This document shows positions 25,301-36,566 of a stretch of DNA of 64,000 nt, in pieces; the first letter of the stretch is position 1, and the number at the start of each line of letters is the position of its first letter. Location: positions 53,384,001-53,448,000 of the forward strand of contig NC_087437.1 of the NCBI RefSeq assembly GCF_036321535.1. Direction: 5' to 3'. The translations under genes were made by a program, and so were the position numbers. The DNA comes from Camelus dromedarius. Lineage: Eukaryota. The notes under the pieces are model-generated. The model saw only the letters and a program-made list of their open reading frames with translations, searched no databases and was not told the origin of the DNA.

Positions 25301-27670
25301 CCTCCTGCAATTTTTTATTTAATTCTGGCTCTTCCAAGTTCCAAGAAGAATGAGAGAGGATTAGAGAAAAGAGTTTAAAATCTTTACATAACTGGACCTG
25401 TAGTTGTGATTTTCTCTTGGTCTACACTGGCCCCCTATTTACACTTGAAGAAGTGCATACTCTATGACTCTAAAATTTCTCTTCTAGGAATTTATCCTAA
25501 GGAAATAACTAGAGATATATGAAAAGATATAGCTTCAGTGTTTAAACATAAATTACATTCAATCTAGTGTCTAATAAAAGAGAACTTGTTAAATAACACA
25601 GAGGGATATTGAGTTGCCATTATAAAGAAAATCATAGAAAACTATTCAATGTCATAAAAGGATTTTCACAATATATTGTTAAGTGATAAAGGAGAGTTAT
25701 TAGAGATTATGTATAGTAGAATCATATTTTTCTGGAAGTAAAGTAGATATGTATAGGAAAAAAGATTAGAAGAAAAGAAATCAAATCATGTCAGGAAATC
25801 ATTTCATGCAATTACAGGTCTTCTTATTTTCTTTTTGTTTATCTATATTGTAAACAACTATTTATTACATTTACAATAAGAAACACACTTATTTTATTTT
25901 CAAATAAATAAAAGTTGAAGGAACTGAGAGTGGTCTTGTCTGAGAAGCAAAAATTCAGGCAGAACATACGTAAAACACTGCTGGATGAGAGATGAAAACA
26001 AGTTTGCTAACTGACCCAAGGGTAGAAGTGTGACCAAGAGATAGACGCAGATTTCTTTGTCTGTTCTATAGACACAGATTTCTGCTCAATTCAAGGAATT
26101 TTCTAAAAGAGTGTGTTCCTCAAGAAATGCTGAATTTCTCTCATTGGAGGCAATTTAACCTAGTTTGGGTGATTATTTGATAGGGATGGTCTAAAGAATT
26201 GGCTCAGAGTCTATTACATGGCAGGAGCATAAGTGTGTTGATTGGCTGTGTGTGTGTGTAAGCAGAAGGTATGCTGATTTCCATTTATGATCACGGATAA
26301 CCATAATACACATGTGACGTTGTATTTTCTTTTTCTTTAGCCTGTTGGTCTCTGCAAAGGTTCTCTGAATCGAAATGAAGACGACGACACAGAAAAGTTA
26401 GTCTGGGTGACTTGTGAATTCTTTAAATCACAGGTATTTTTCTATCTAATTGTTTGTCTTTCTGTGAGTAAGAGAGCAGATTATTTATATTTTAGTTGCC
26501 CCTACACTACCCTCTCCCTTTATTTTCCTAAAATCTGTGATCACTACTTTATTCAGGCTGTCCTAAGCCCACATCCACAGGGTAGCTGATTAAAGACCTG
26601 TCACCCTTTCTTTTAGTTACAACATAGTCCTACAGAGTAACTAAGGCTCCTGTTGCTCGAATGGGGCAGGCCTCTGAGACATTAAGTTCAGTGTCCCAAA
26701 GACCCTGACCCTGAATCATAAGTAGAAGTTGTTTCCATGGAAATATTGACTCCCTTTCCAGAAGTATTTATTGAGCGCTTCCTCTGAGGCAGCCTGGCAT
26801 AGTTGAGAGGATGGTTGAGACAGGTCACCAGGGTTCCAGTCCCACCTGCCACCTACCAGCTGTGTGAACATGGGCAAGTTCTTACCTCTCTGAGTCTTGG
26901 TTGCCTCATCTATATGGCAACCAAGATCCTTCAGATCCCTGTGAGAAGCAGGTGAGAGGGCCTGGTTGAGGGTCATTGCCCAGGGCCTGGTGCAGAATAA
27001 ACCATCACTAAAGGTGACTGCTGCTGCCACCACTGAGAGTGAGAGGACAGCCCACTAGGGGCTTCGAACAAGCCATCTGTCTTCTCTGGATCATTGTTCA
27101 GCTCTGAAATTTGTCAGGCTTGCAGTCAAGCTTCTAATGGTCTTGGTTCCCCCTGGCCTGTATCTGTTTTGCTTTTTCATCCTTTAATCAGAGGCCCATT
27201 CTCCTAGCTGGTCTCCCTTTGAAAATTCCAGCCGAAAGGCACAGAACAGCGTAACCTAGGGCCAAGCATGGCAGGAATTTTCCTGGAGGATATTCCTTCA
27301 TTCAAAAGCATTCTTATTCCAGGTTCCCACCCCTGGAGGCCAAAACACTACTGCTAACCAGGGACCCACAAACCTCCCCAAAGAGGAAGAGCCCAGGCAG
27401 AAGGCCGTGTCAGAAGGAGCTATCCTGTGCCTCCCCTCCTTGGATGACGAAGACTCTGGACAGTCCCAGGGGAAGGGCCCTGTTGAGGCCTTCCCTGTGC
27501 AGCTGGATCTAACCACGAATCCCCAGGGAGAACCGCTAGATGTCTCCTTCCTCCTCCTGGAGCCTGTGGAGGAGGAGCTGGTTGTCCTGCCTTTCCCCTC
27601 AAAAGAACAACGCTCTGCTGAGTGCCCAGGACCAGCTCAAAATGCTAACCCTCTTATTCTCCCACCATGA
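16121..27670 (+). CDS. FETUB: Fetuin-B, full gene span (7 coding exons, 1128 nt, 375 aa)
   Basis: Exons of 225+111+88+161+102+93+348 nt join in frame. Signal peptide, two cystatin domains, CPDCP trunk, QWVTGP hairpin and C-terminal ECPGPAQ..ILPP are typical of fetuin-B. Confidence 0.97.
16630..16740 (+). CDS. FETUB: FETUB coding exon 2 ([29 protein letters not shown]...HLS)
   Basis: ttcctacag acceptor, gtaagt donor, 111 nt, fetuin DVLETDCHV motif. Confidence 0.95.
18053..18140 (+). CDS. FETUB: FETUB coding exon 3 ([29 protein letters not shown])
   Basis: ttgttccag acceptor, gtaaaa donor, 88 nt, ends in phase 1. Confidence 0.95.
18895..19030 (+). mobile_element. tRNA-Ala-derived SINE (Vic-1-like), FETUB intron 3
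   Basis: TSD aaaagcaagcatccttg / aaaagtaagcctccttg. Confidence 0.9.
19828..19982. mobile_element. Internally deleted Tigger2/MER8-like element
   Basis: Terminal inverted repeats CAGTTGA...TCAACTG flanked by TA on both sides. Confidence 0.8.
20275..20435 (+). CDS. FETUB: FETUB coding exon 4 ([14 protein letters not shown]...TKASSQ)
   Basis: caacag acceptor, gtgagg donor, 161 nt, CPDCP motif. Confidence 0.95.
21176..21277 (+). CDS. FETUB: FETUB coding exon 5 ([18 protein letters not shown]...SDSV)
   Basis: ctactag acceptor, gtgagt donor, 102 nt. Completes the QWVxGP hairpin. Confidence 0.95.
21770..25300 (-). mobile_element. Old, degraded L1 (3'UTR and ORF2), antisense in FETUB intron 5
   Basis: Continuous L1 antisense sequence. 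ORF2 remnant [16 protein letters not shown] (endonuclease region) at ~25092-25230. Confidence 0.9.
26341..26433 (+). CDS. FETUB: FETUB coding exon 6 ([31 protein letters not shown])
   Basis: ttttctttag acceptor, gtattt donor, 93 nt. Confidence 0.94.
27323..27670 (+). CDS. FETUB: FETUB last coding exon (VPTPGG...[16 protein letters not shown])
   Basis: ttattccag acceptor, TGA at 27668-27670. Confidence 0.95.
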   Translation, partial: VPTPGGQNTTANQGPTNLPKEEEPRQKAVSEGAILCLPSLDDEDSGQSQGKGPVEAFPVQLDLTTNPQGEPLDVSFLLLEPVEEELVVLPFPSKEQRSAECPGPAQNANPLILPP

Positions 27671-27765
27671 GAACATGTAGAGGATTCCTGGGGACACAGT
27701 GCCCTGCGAGAGGGGAGAGGGGGTGGGGAGGGGGGGACAGAAAGAGTTCAAATGTAGAGAGGGCT

Positions 27766-27771
27766 AATAAA
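27766..27771 (+). terminator. FETUB polyadenylation signal AATAAA
   Basis: AATAAA about 95 nt after the stop, followed by GT/T-rich sequence. Confidence 0.85.
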
Positions 27772-27991
27772 GTGTGTCTTTTTGACTCCTGCTGGTCTCA
27801 TCATATTGCCTGGAAGTGGAAATTAGACTAAACTGTTCACTTGTACACTGGGCCGCCTCCCTGCTCACGCCATGGCTCATCAAAGCCTCATGCCATGGAT
27901 AAATGTGTCTCCCACCTCTCTCTTTGTAATGACTTCTTACTTTTAGCTGAGTCTCTCTGATGACCTTACTTAAGAGTCGTCCTCTTTCTGA

Positions 27992-28327
27992 TGTTGACCT
28001 GAAACAAATAGACTGAGGAGATTCTGCAGCCAAGATGGGTTTATTTAGGATCAGCAGAGAATTGTGATTTGGGGTCTGCAACTGTGGAGAGCCACATGCC
28101 AATTCCCAGACAGCAAGGGAAGGGGAACAATTTTATAGAGAGGAAAAGGAAGTTGGGAGAGGCATAGTAAACAAAGAATCCATGGCTTTTCATTGGCTGG
28201 GTCCCTACCAGGAAGGAAGAGAAGTCTTTCTTCTTCCTGTTGGGCTCTGCTGTTGTCACAGGTGAGAGCTCCCCCTTCTGGTCTCTCAACTCTATTTAGT
28301 TGAGGTTTTGGTTGATTAATTTTTACA
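27992..28327 (-). mobile_element. 3' LTR of the ERV
   Basis: TG...CA ends. Polypurine tract AAAAGGGGAAAG at 28328-28339 (minus). CCAAT, TATAAAA and AATAAA on the minus strand. Confidence 0.88.
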
Positions 28328-31300
28328 CTTTCCCCTTTTGATCAAGACCTTTCTCAGAAAGCATCTCTGAGTAAGAGTCAGATTTTCCAGTTTCAGTAGC
28401 TTTTTGTCCCTCATTATCAGGAAAGACCTTTCCTGGGTGTGGTGTCTTATGCTGGAAGGACAGTACACAGATTGGAAATCTATTAAGGTCACGTTTGAGT
28501 AACAAGACGGGGTAGGAGGGAGAATTATCTAGCCCTTTTTATCTAAAGTCCATATTTTATCAAGATCATAGACAATGGAGATCATCTAAAGTGTTATTTC
28601 ATCATCAAAGATTTGGTGACAGACTTCCAACAGGACTGGCCTGGGTATCTTGGGAAAGCCATCTCATCAGATGTTGTCTGCTTCAGTTCCTGAAAATCTT
28701 TACTGTGTTCTGTGACTATCTCAAAGGGTAAGGGCTTATGAGTTCCAAAGGGGGTGGATCTGAGATTTAGAAGGACTAACAGCAGTGCTTTTGGCCAAGG
28801 TAATGGAGGGCCTCTACAGATTTTGCCAATTGAGCCTTAATGGTGTTATTAGTCAAACCAGAGGACCGAGGGTGGTAAGCACAATGCAAATGTTGTAATA
28901 GCAACCAAGCAGCACATATTTGTCAAAGCCCCTGGCAAGTAAAATGTGTTCCTCAATCACTATGGAATTTGAGAGGAGTTCTTCAGGTAGGGAGAACTTT
29001 TTCCAGAAGGGACTTTGCCATAGAAGAGGCAGTAGCCTGTCTGTAAGGGAAGGCTTCAGTTCAGTATGAAAACACATAGACCATGACCAGAATATATTTA
29101 TATTCATTAGACTGAGGACATTGCATGAAATTCTTTTTCCAGGCCTTGAATGGTCCATTTGGCAGTTAAAAATGTCTGAGAGAAGTATGAACAGGCTTCT
29201 TTGGGTTTTACTTTGGAGAAGTGGGACCAGTGAGGTAGGCACTTTTTGTAGCCTTGTTATGTTTCCCCACCAATATTGACTCATGAATGTTACCATTTTG
29301 TCGGCAGACCAATGGTTTAATGTACGTGTGGTGGTGAGGAGTGGGAATTTTAGAATCTCCAGTAGGACTGGGTTGTTATTTGGTCCAAACTAGAGCTTTC
29401 TCTTTTTACCTAACCAACAACTGCTGAATTTCCAATCTTATTTTTCTTTTTCTGAGGCCAATTTTGGGACCTCTCTAGCCAGTTTTTCTAAATGATCATT
29501 AGGGAAGAATCCCTTTGAACTAGGACAGAGGTTTGGCTGCTGTTGATCCCTTTAAGGGCAGCACTCCTTGCAGAAATCTCAGCCAGGTGATTTCCCTTAG
29601 CCTCCAGAGAGTCAAGTTTAGAATGCCCCAGGATCTTAATAATAACTAAAGTGGCAAGTAAAAGAATTGCATTTAATAAATCCTAAACTTAGGGGCGATT
29701 TTTAATTTTATTTCCATGGATGTAAGGAAGCCACATTGTTCCTAAAATGTTCTAAAAGCAAGAGCTACTCTGAAAGCCTATTTACTATTAGTATAAATAT
29801 TGGCAAATTTGTCCTTGGCTAAAGTATAAGCCTGTGTAAGGGTGCATAATTCAGCCTGTTGGGCCAAAGCAGCTGTAGGTAAAGATGCTGCTTCAACACC
29901 ATCAAAAGGAGTCGTAATGGTATATCCAGCATGGTATTTCCCATCGCCACTTTAAATGAAAACCATCAGTGAACCATGAGAAGTCAGCATTACTCAGTGG
30001 AATTTCCTGCAGGTCATTTTGAGAAGCCAGGTGGTTCATCAGTGCTAAGCAGTCCTGAGAGACTTTGTCAGTGATGGAGGGAGAAGAGTAGCCAAATTAA
30101 GGCTATTACAGCGTAGAAGAGTTATGTGAGTAGCAGTTAACAAAAGGACTTTGTAGGAGGTGAGGTGGCTGGCTGAGAAATGTTGTGATGAGAATTCAGG
30201 AGGTTTCTACTGCATGAGGTACAAAAAATGGTTAAAGGGGATCCCACAATGATTTTCTCTGTGGTCTGAACCAAAGTCACAGTGGCTTTAATTGCTCTCA
30301 GGCAAGGGGGAATCCCTGTGTCACAGGGTCCAGTTGCTGACTGTGATACCCTATGGGCTGATTACGGTTCCTTTGTTTTTGGTGAAGACCCCAAGGCATT
30401 CCCTTCCTCTTCAATATACAAAAAGAGAAAAATGAAACTGATAATTGGGATGCCCAAAGGTAAATGAGTTAATCAAATTCTCCTTTAAAGACTTGAAGGC
30501 TATGTTCTCCAGTTCCTTCCATAAAATTGGATTGGGGTTGTTATTATTGAGTAAAACACCGAGGTTTGGCCATAAGAGAGAAATATGGAATCCAATTTCA
30601 GTAATAGCCAACTAACGTGAAAAAAAAACCTCACAGCTGGCCCTTAGTTTGGGGTTTGGGGGACCTTGGGACACCATGAAGTCTTATCTGGATCTAAGTG
30701 TAGCCCTTGTTCTGATACCAGATGACCTAAATGTCAAACCTGGTTTTGGACAAACTGCAATTTTTCTTTAGAGACCTGATGTCCCTTTAAGGCTAAAAGC
30801 TTTAGCAAGTGGATGCTGTCTTCCTGTGGGGAGGCTTGAGAAGGAGAGGAAAGAAGCAAATCATCCACATATTGCAGCAGAGCAGAACCTCTAGAGAATT
30901 TATATCATCCAGCTCAGTCTTCTGGATTTGCGAGGATTAAGAAGGACTCTCAATATAACCCTGAGGCATGACTGTACAGGTGAATTGTTTTTCTTCCCAA
31001 GTAAAGACAAAAAAGTATTGGCTAGCTTCATCGACTGGAATACTAAAGAATGCACTGCATAAATCGATTATAGTAAAAAATACTTCCAGTGGGAATGGCT
31101 GTTAGTAATGTATGAGGGGTATCCATGCTGTTTATTTGCTCAGAGGTCGTGGACAAATCTCCACCCTCGGACCTTAGGTTTTCTCACTGGTAAAATGGGA
31201 GCATTACAGGAACTAGTACAAGGGAACATGATGTTACGAGACTTGCAATCTTCTATTATGGGCTTTAGCCTTGAAGGGCTTCTTTACTATTATGGTATCA

Positions 31301-33139
31301 ATTAATTTCGGGAGGAGATTTTAAGGGATCTATTTGAATCTTGATGGGAAGTACACCGTGAATTGTGTCATCATCAGTTACAGATTTTGCCCAAGGGAAG
31401 TGGTAGCTGGTTCATTAGGGACACATGATCAGTGTTTCCAGAATCTGCTCTAGAACTGTCAGAGATGGAACAAATCAAAGATGTCAAAGGATCATTTAAT
31501 TCACCTGGTGGGTTACTTTGACAATGACTGTCAATTTTCTAGAATTAGTTCCCACTTTGGGGAGAAAGACATTCAGGCATGAGACTTCTCTAAGAAGTCT
31601 CAGCCTAATAACTAAATAAGGGCAGAGGAACTAAGGAGAAGAGTGTGGGGATCTCTCAAAAGGCCTAAACAAAATGGAATGAGCTCAGAGACAGGAACCC
31701 CCTGAGGTTGGTTGGAGAGTCCCCATTATTGAACAGTTTTAGTACTCCAAGCAGGGCCTGTTTATAGTATTGGGGGTTGAGCACAAAGAGTATGGCTCTA
31801 GTGTCACTTAGGACTAGAAAAGGTTCATCCCCAATCTGGAGAAATGTTTCTCCAGGGCAGTTAAGAGGGAGGATTGGAAGAGTCCCTGTAATTCCTCAGC
31901 GCTCCATCACTGAGAATTGGGAGGATGTTAGAAAGGCTGGTTAGAGGCTGAAGGCACCTAAAGCACTAAATTTGTAACAATCTCTTCTCCAGTGTCCTGG
32001 CTCTTTGCAATAATAGCACAATGTAGGCGGGTTTGAGGTTTGTTTAGAAGCTTATTTGCTGGAGTTGAAGATTAAGATTTGGCTGTCTTCCTTGGAGGTG
32101 GCTCATTTGGAGAACCAGAGAGCTGGTTTACCAGATTCACTAACTCTCAGCAGACACAGTTTTGCCTTCTATCCGGTCCTTTTTACTAGAAGGGGAAGGT
32201 CCTGGCTCAGCCCATTAATAAACAGAGAGTTAAAAGCTACCTGGGTGGAATCAACATCTGAAGGAAGACCAGAGTTTTCTTTAAAAACAATCTGAAGTCT
32301 ACTGTAATAGTCGTGGACAGGTTCACCAAAGTTTTGTGTGCAAGCCTGAATTTTGTTCCAATCAGCAGGTTTTGGAAAAGCACCAGGAATTGCTTAATGA
32401 AACCACCTAGTGATTGCCTGATCAGATAGTAAATTAGCGGGCTGGTCTCCCGGCTGTAACTCTAGAGACATTTCAGGACTTTCCAATTAGCAGTTTTCAT
32501 CTAATGCTGGGCCTAGCCCTTGCGGGCAATCGTATGAACTAGCTGATGTAAGTCTGAGAAAGCAGGTTGATAAGTTTGAATGACTATATTAAATTCCTCA
32601 GCAAATCTGAGAGGATCTTTGGTTACTTGGGTAAAGCCTTTGACTATGGCTCACAGATCAGCATTAGTCCAGGGAATATAAGAAATTAAGGGTTTAGCCT
32701 CTGAATCCTCAGAAGGCTTAATTTTAGAAAGACAGATTCTGTCAAGTTCAGAGGAAAAGGGAGTGGGGAGAGTTTCAGAGAACGGGGGAAGTTTGATGGG
32801 AGAATTGGTGGGAAGGGTTGGAGGGTACAGTGGAGGCACGTGCACTGTAGAAGGAAAGGAAGAAGGAGACAGAGGCAGAGGCTGAGATGACGAAGCCGAG
32901 GGAGAAGAGCCTCGGGCTTCAGGAGCCAGTTTATGTTTCTCTCATCATTTGTTTACCTCAGTTAATCTTAAAATCTAATTTTGCAGAGAGGCAATTTTAG
33001 ACTCCTGATAACAGTTGGGAAGCCTCAAAATACCAATCGAAAAAAAACATTCCACTCAGTTCTGGAAATGTTTGAGCTATTGTAATCCAGTTCAGTTTTA
33101 AGGAAATTAAGTTTGTGAATTTCAAAAGTTCTGCACAAT

Positions 33140-33248
33140 GGAAGGAAAGAAGTCTTTCTTTTCCTGTTTGGGTTCTAAATGTCACAGGTGAGAGCTCCCC
33201 CTTCTGGTCTCCCAACCCTATGTAACAGATTTCTGTTAATTTTTCACA
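33140..33248 (-). mobile_element. Remnant (U3 start) of the 5' LTR of the ERV
   Basis: Direct repeat of 28211-28327, including a perfect 32-nt match (28254-28285 = 33180-33211). Confidence 0.88.
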
Positions 33249-33724
33249 TTGGGCAAACACTGTGATTCTTTTGATCAAATAAGATGAAAATTGAAGGTTT
33301 GGGAGTCAGGAGAGTTTCACTCTCCCTTTATACCATAATTATTTCAACACCAAGTATTGGTCAGATACTGCCTATATAACCTTCAACTTGTAGGAGGAAT
33401 TTTTTTTTCTTACCTGCCTGAATAGTCTCCAAGCCCCAGAACTTGATAAACTCGGTGATGGGGTAGGTGGAAGTGACATTTGCCTGTAGCCTGTGGTTAA
33501 ACCTGGGGAGAACTAAATGTTGTTCCAAGTTTGGGAACTCTCTGACTCCTTTAAAAGTTTTTCTCAGAGCAGAAATTAAGGGCCCAGATAACACATATTC
33601 CCAATTTTTCACTTAAAAATTATATAAGATATATAATATGTATGTACATCACATATATACACACATGCATATGTATGTATATAGATACATACACAGACAT
33701 ACATATCTTTTGAAGTTTGACAGG

Positions 33725-34250
33725 TGTTGTGGGCTGTATTGTGTCCCCTCAATGTTCTCATACTCCTGATCCCTAGAACCTCAGAAGGTGACTGTATTGG
33801 AGACAGGGTCTTTTTTTTTTTAACTGATTTTTCTCTTCTTGGCAGTGGGGAGGAGGTAATTAGGTTTATTTATTAATTTTTTAGAGGAGGTACTGGGGAT
33901 TGAACCCAGGACCTTGTGCATGCTAAGCACGCACTCTACCATTTGCGCTACACCCTCCCCACCTTGGGGTTACGGTCTATAAAGAGGTGATTAGGTTAAA
34001 ATGCCTAAGTCAGTATGACACACATCCTTATAAGAAGAGAGAAGGATACAGGCTAGCACAGAGGGGAAATCATGTGGGGACACAGAGAGAAGATGGCCAT
34101 GGACATGCCAAGGAGCAAGGCCTCAGAAAACACCAGTCCTCTGACACCTTGATCTCGGACTTTCAGTTTCTAGAGCTGTGAGGAAATTAACTTCTGTTGT
34201 TGAAGCCACCCGGTTCACTTTGTTTTGGAAGCCCCAGCAAACGCATACAG
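33725..34250 (+). mobile_element. MaLR solo LTR (MLT1-like)
   Basis: tgttgtgggctgtattgtgtcccct...cagcaaacgcataca, interrupted by a SINE. Confidence 0.78.
33811..33961 (-). mobile_element. tRNA-Ala-derived SINE (Vic-1-like) nested in a MaLR LTR
   Basis: Head and tail present. Splits the MLT1-like element. Confidence 0.88.
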
Positions 34251-35170
34251 CAGGGAGCTTGCAGAGGTAACTGTTGTCTGCCCTCCTGGCAGCTGGTTCT
34301 CAGAAGAGGCACACAGGCCTTGGTATAACTTGTGTAAGAGCGGTAGACAATATTCACACTCTAGTACTCTCCTCTGCCCCCTGTAAGAAGGAAACATGAT
34401 TAAGTAGGGGTGCCATATGGAGTCTTAGACCCTCTTTCAACCAGGATCTAGCAAGAAACACAGCGTAAAGGGAAGAGGATGCATGGCTTTCATGAATACC
34501 CCTCGGTCTCAGCCAGACAGTGTATAGAAGCTGATTCTCACCACTGGTGCCTTTCCCCATCCCCTCAGCATTCCATTCTCTTTCCCTCCAGTAGCATTTG
34601 GCTTACCCAGGGCACTCCATATGGGGGATAGCAATAATAGAAAGGCCCAATTAAGGAGGTCAACTCATTGAAACATAAAACACTTTGGTTCTGATTAACG
34701 GCTTACCCCTGCGCCCCCTGGGTTAAGGCCCCGTAGTAACATCTTGGCCAGATTCCATACTGTTCCTGGCATTCGAAATTACACTGAAGCCATCCTGTTT
34801 GGCTACTTAAAAGCTAGTGTTACTAATACTAAAAGTTCAATTTCAAATACAAGTCAAAATAGGTTTTTCCCACATTTGAACACTTGCTATACCAGCCTGT
34901 GACTAGGGGAAGTGAGGTCTGCTTTTCCTACAGCCCTCCCCACGGCTTCTTGCTCAAACTCTTCTCCTCCCTTCAGGTTCTATCTAGAGCCCCACTAATT
35001 CCCAGCCTTGGCTGCACGTTGGAAAAACTACCAATACCTGGGTCCACCCCCTGAGATCCTGATTTAATTGCTCTGGGGAGACCTGAACATAAAGATTTTG
35101 AAAAGCTCCTCAGATGATTCCAGTATGACTCCAAGGCTGAGAACTATTACCATAGACTTAAAAAAAAAAA

Positions 35171-35258
35171 ATTTTTTTAATGGAGGTACTGGGAATCGAA
35201 CCCAGAACCTCATGCATGCTAAGCCCAAGCTTTACTATTGAGCTATACCAAACCCCCG
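35171..35258 (-). mobile_element. tRNA-Ala-derived SINE, short form
   Basis: Head followed directly by the A tail. Confidence 0.8.
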
Positions 35259-36179
35259 CCATACACTCATTGCAGAGAAGAAACTGGGGAGAAGGCAGAT
35301 GCTGCTTAAATCCCTGGTAGTGAGGAGACAATTGGGCTGATTCCCACTGGTCCTTTCTGGTATCACTGGGCTTTGCTGGTATGAGGGGTCCTTGCAGCTG
35401 TATTGGTGTTTTAGGAGAGGAGGAGGTGGGGGATCAGCTTAACCCCAGCCCTGTCGCTCAGTGCTGAGCCCCTCCCCCAACCCCTTCTCTGGGATGGGCC
35501 TCAAACGACTTGACTCCTACCCTCACCACCGTCTTCCATGTGAAGTAATTCTCTTTCACATGCTTTAAGGGTCACAAAAAGCTGCAGTGACATAAGTGTG
35601 TCCTCAACTTCTTCTCAGGCACACTAATTATAATAATAAAACAGCATTATTTGTTTAGCACCTGAATCTGTGCGAAGATTTGTATTGGTTACTTTATATG
35701 TGTTTTCTTACTGAATGACCCCACAATCTTGCCAAGAGATATTAATCCCTGTTTTATAAATGAGGAAGCTAAGAATCAGAGAAGTTTTATAGCTTACTCA
35801 GCCTCACACAGTTAAGAGTAACAGACCCACGGTTGAAATTCAGATCTGACTTCAAAGCCACATTTATTGTCATCATTTTATTCCCCCTGAACTCAGTTCC
35901 TCTGACAGTGTTAACCATTTAACATGTTACCTCCCTTAAATAACGCAGCTACATTCTACCAAGGACTTTCAGTGCCACAGTCCAAAGAGCAGAATGATGG
36001 TGGAAATTTCTGGTTGGCAGATGAAGGAAAATTATTTCTAACTCCACCTCCCACACTAATGCAGGTAGTGCTTGTGGTCAAAAACACACTTTGGATCTGC
36101 TACCTACTAGAAACATCCAGATCGGTGCAGATCCCAGTTTTAGCCACTCCCCGGTGGCATGTCTCACCTTTCTGTTCCC

Positions 36180-36325
36180 AGGACCTAGTAATCATTCACA
36201 GCATGCTGACAGATGCTTTAACCAGGGGTCAAGGTGAACATCCCCGGTTATACAACAAAAATGTTGAAATACTTTGTTTAAACAATTGTGTGTGTGTGTG
36301 TGTTTTGGAAAATCTGTATAAACGT
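36180..36325 (+). promoter_or_regulatory. HRG proximal promoter
   Basis: HNF1-like CTAGTAATCATTCAC (36185-36199), nuclear-receptor-like GGGGTCAAGGTGA (~36224-36237), FOXA-like TGTTTAAAC (36275-36283), TATAAA (36317-36322). Motif match only. Confidence 0.6.
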
Positions 36326-36374
36326 CTCTGCTGTGGTATCGCAGAGCAAGGGATGGTTTTCCCATTTTAACAAC

Positions 36375-36566
36375 ATGAAGTTACTCCCTGCAGCACTGCC
36401 TTTGGTCCTGCTGGTCACTCTGCGGTTTTCCTCCGCTGTGAGTCCCACAGACTGCAATGATGCTGAGCCTGTGGCTCGGAAGGCTCTAGACCTGATCAAT
36501 AAAGGACGACGGGATGGTTACCTCTTCCAGTTGCTGCGGGTCGCTGATGCCCACTTGGACAAAGCG
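36375..36566 (+). CDS. HRG: HRG exon 1 (MKLLPAAL...DAHLDKA)
   Basis: ATG at 36375, 64 codons, gtgagg donor. Confidence 0.95.

Larger units (their letters stand above)
27992..33248 (-). mobile_element. Decayed class I endogenous retrovirus (partial 5'LTR, gag, pro, pol, PPT, 3'LTR; no env)
   Basis: Minus-strand motifs: gag MHR-like DWNKIQACTQNFGEPVHDYYSRL (~32300-32365), zinc knuckle CYYCKEPGHWRRDC (~31976-32020), protease-like LSDTRAILFVLN (~31776-31815), RT IDLCSAFFSIPV..MPQG (~30955-31080) and LLQYVDDLLL (~30851-30880), RNase H WFTDG (~29960-29977), integrase fragments (~28700-29300). Many stops and frameshifts. Confidence 0.93.

Noticed and set aside
27985..33255. Target-site duplication of the provirus
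   Set aside because: The flanks (ctga / ttgg) do not match convincingly, so no TSD is claimed.
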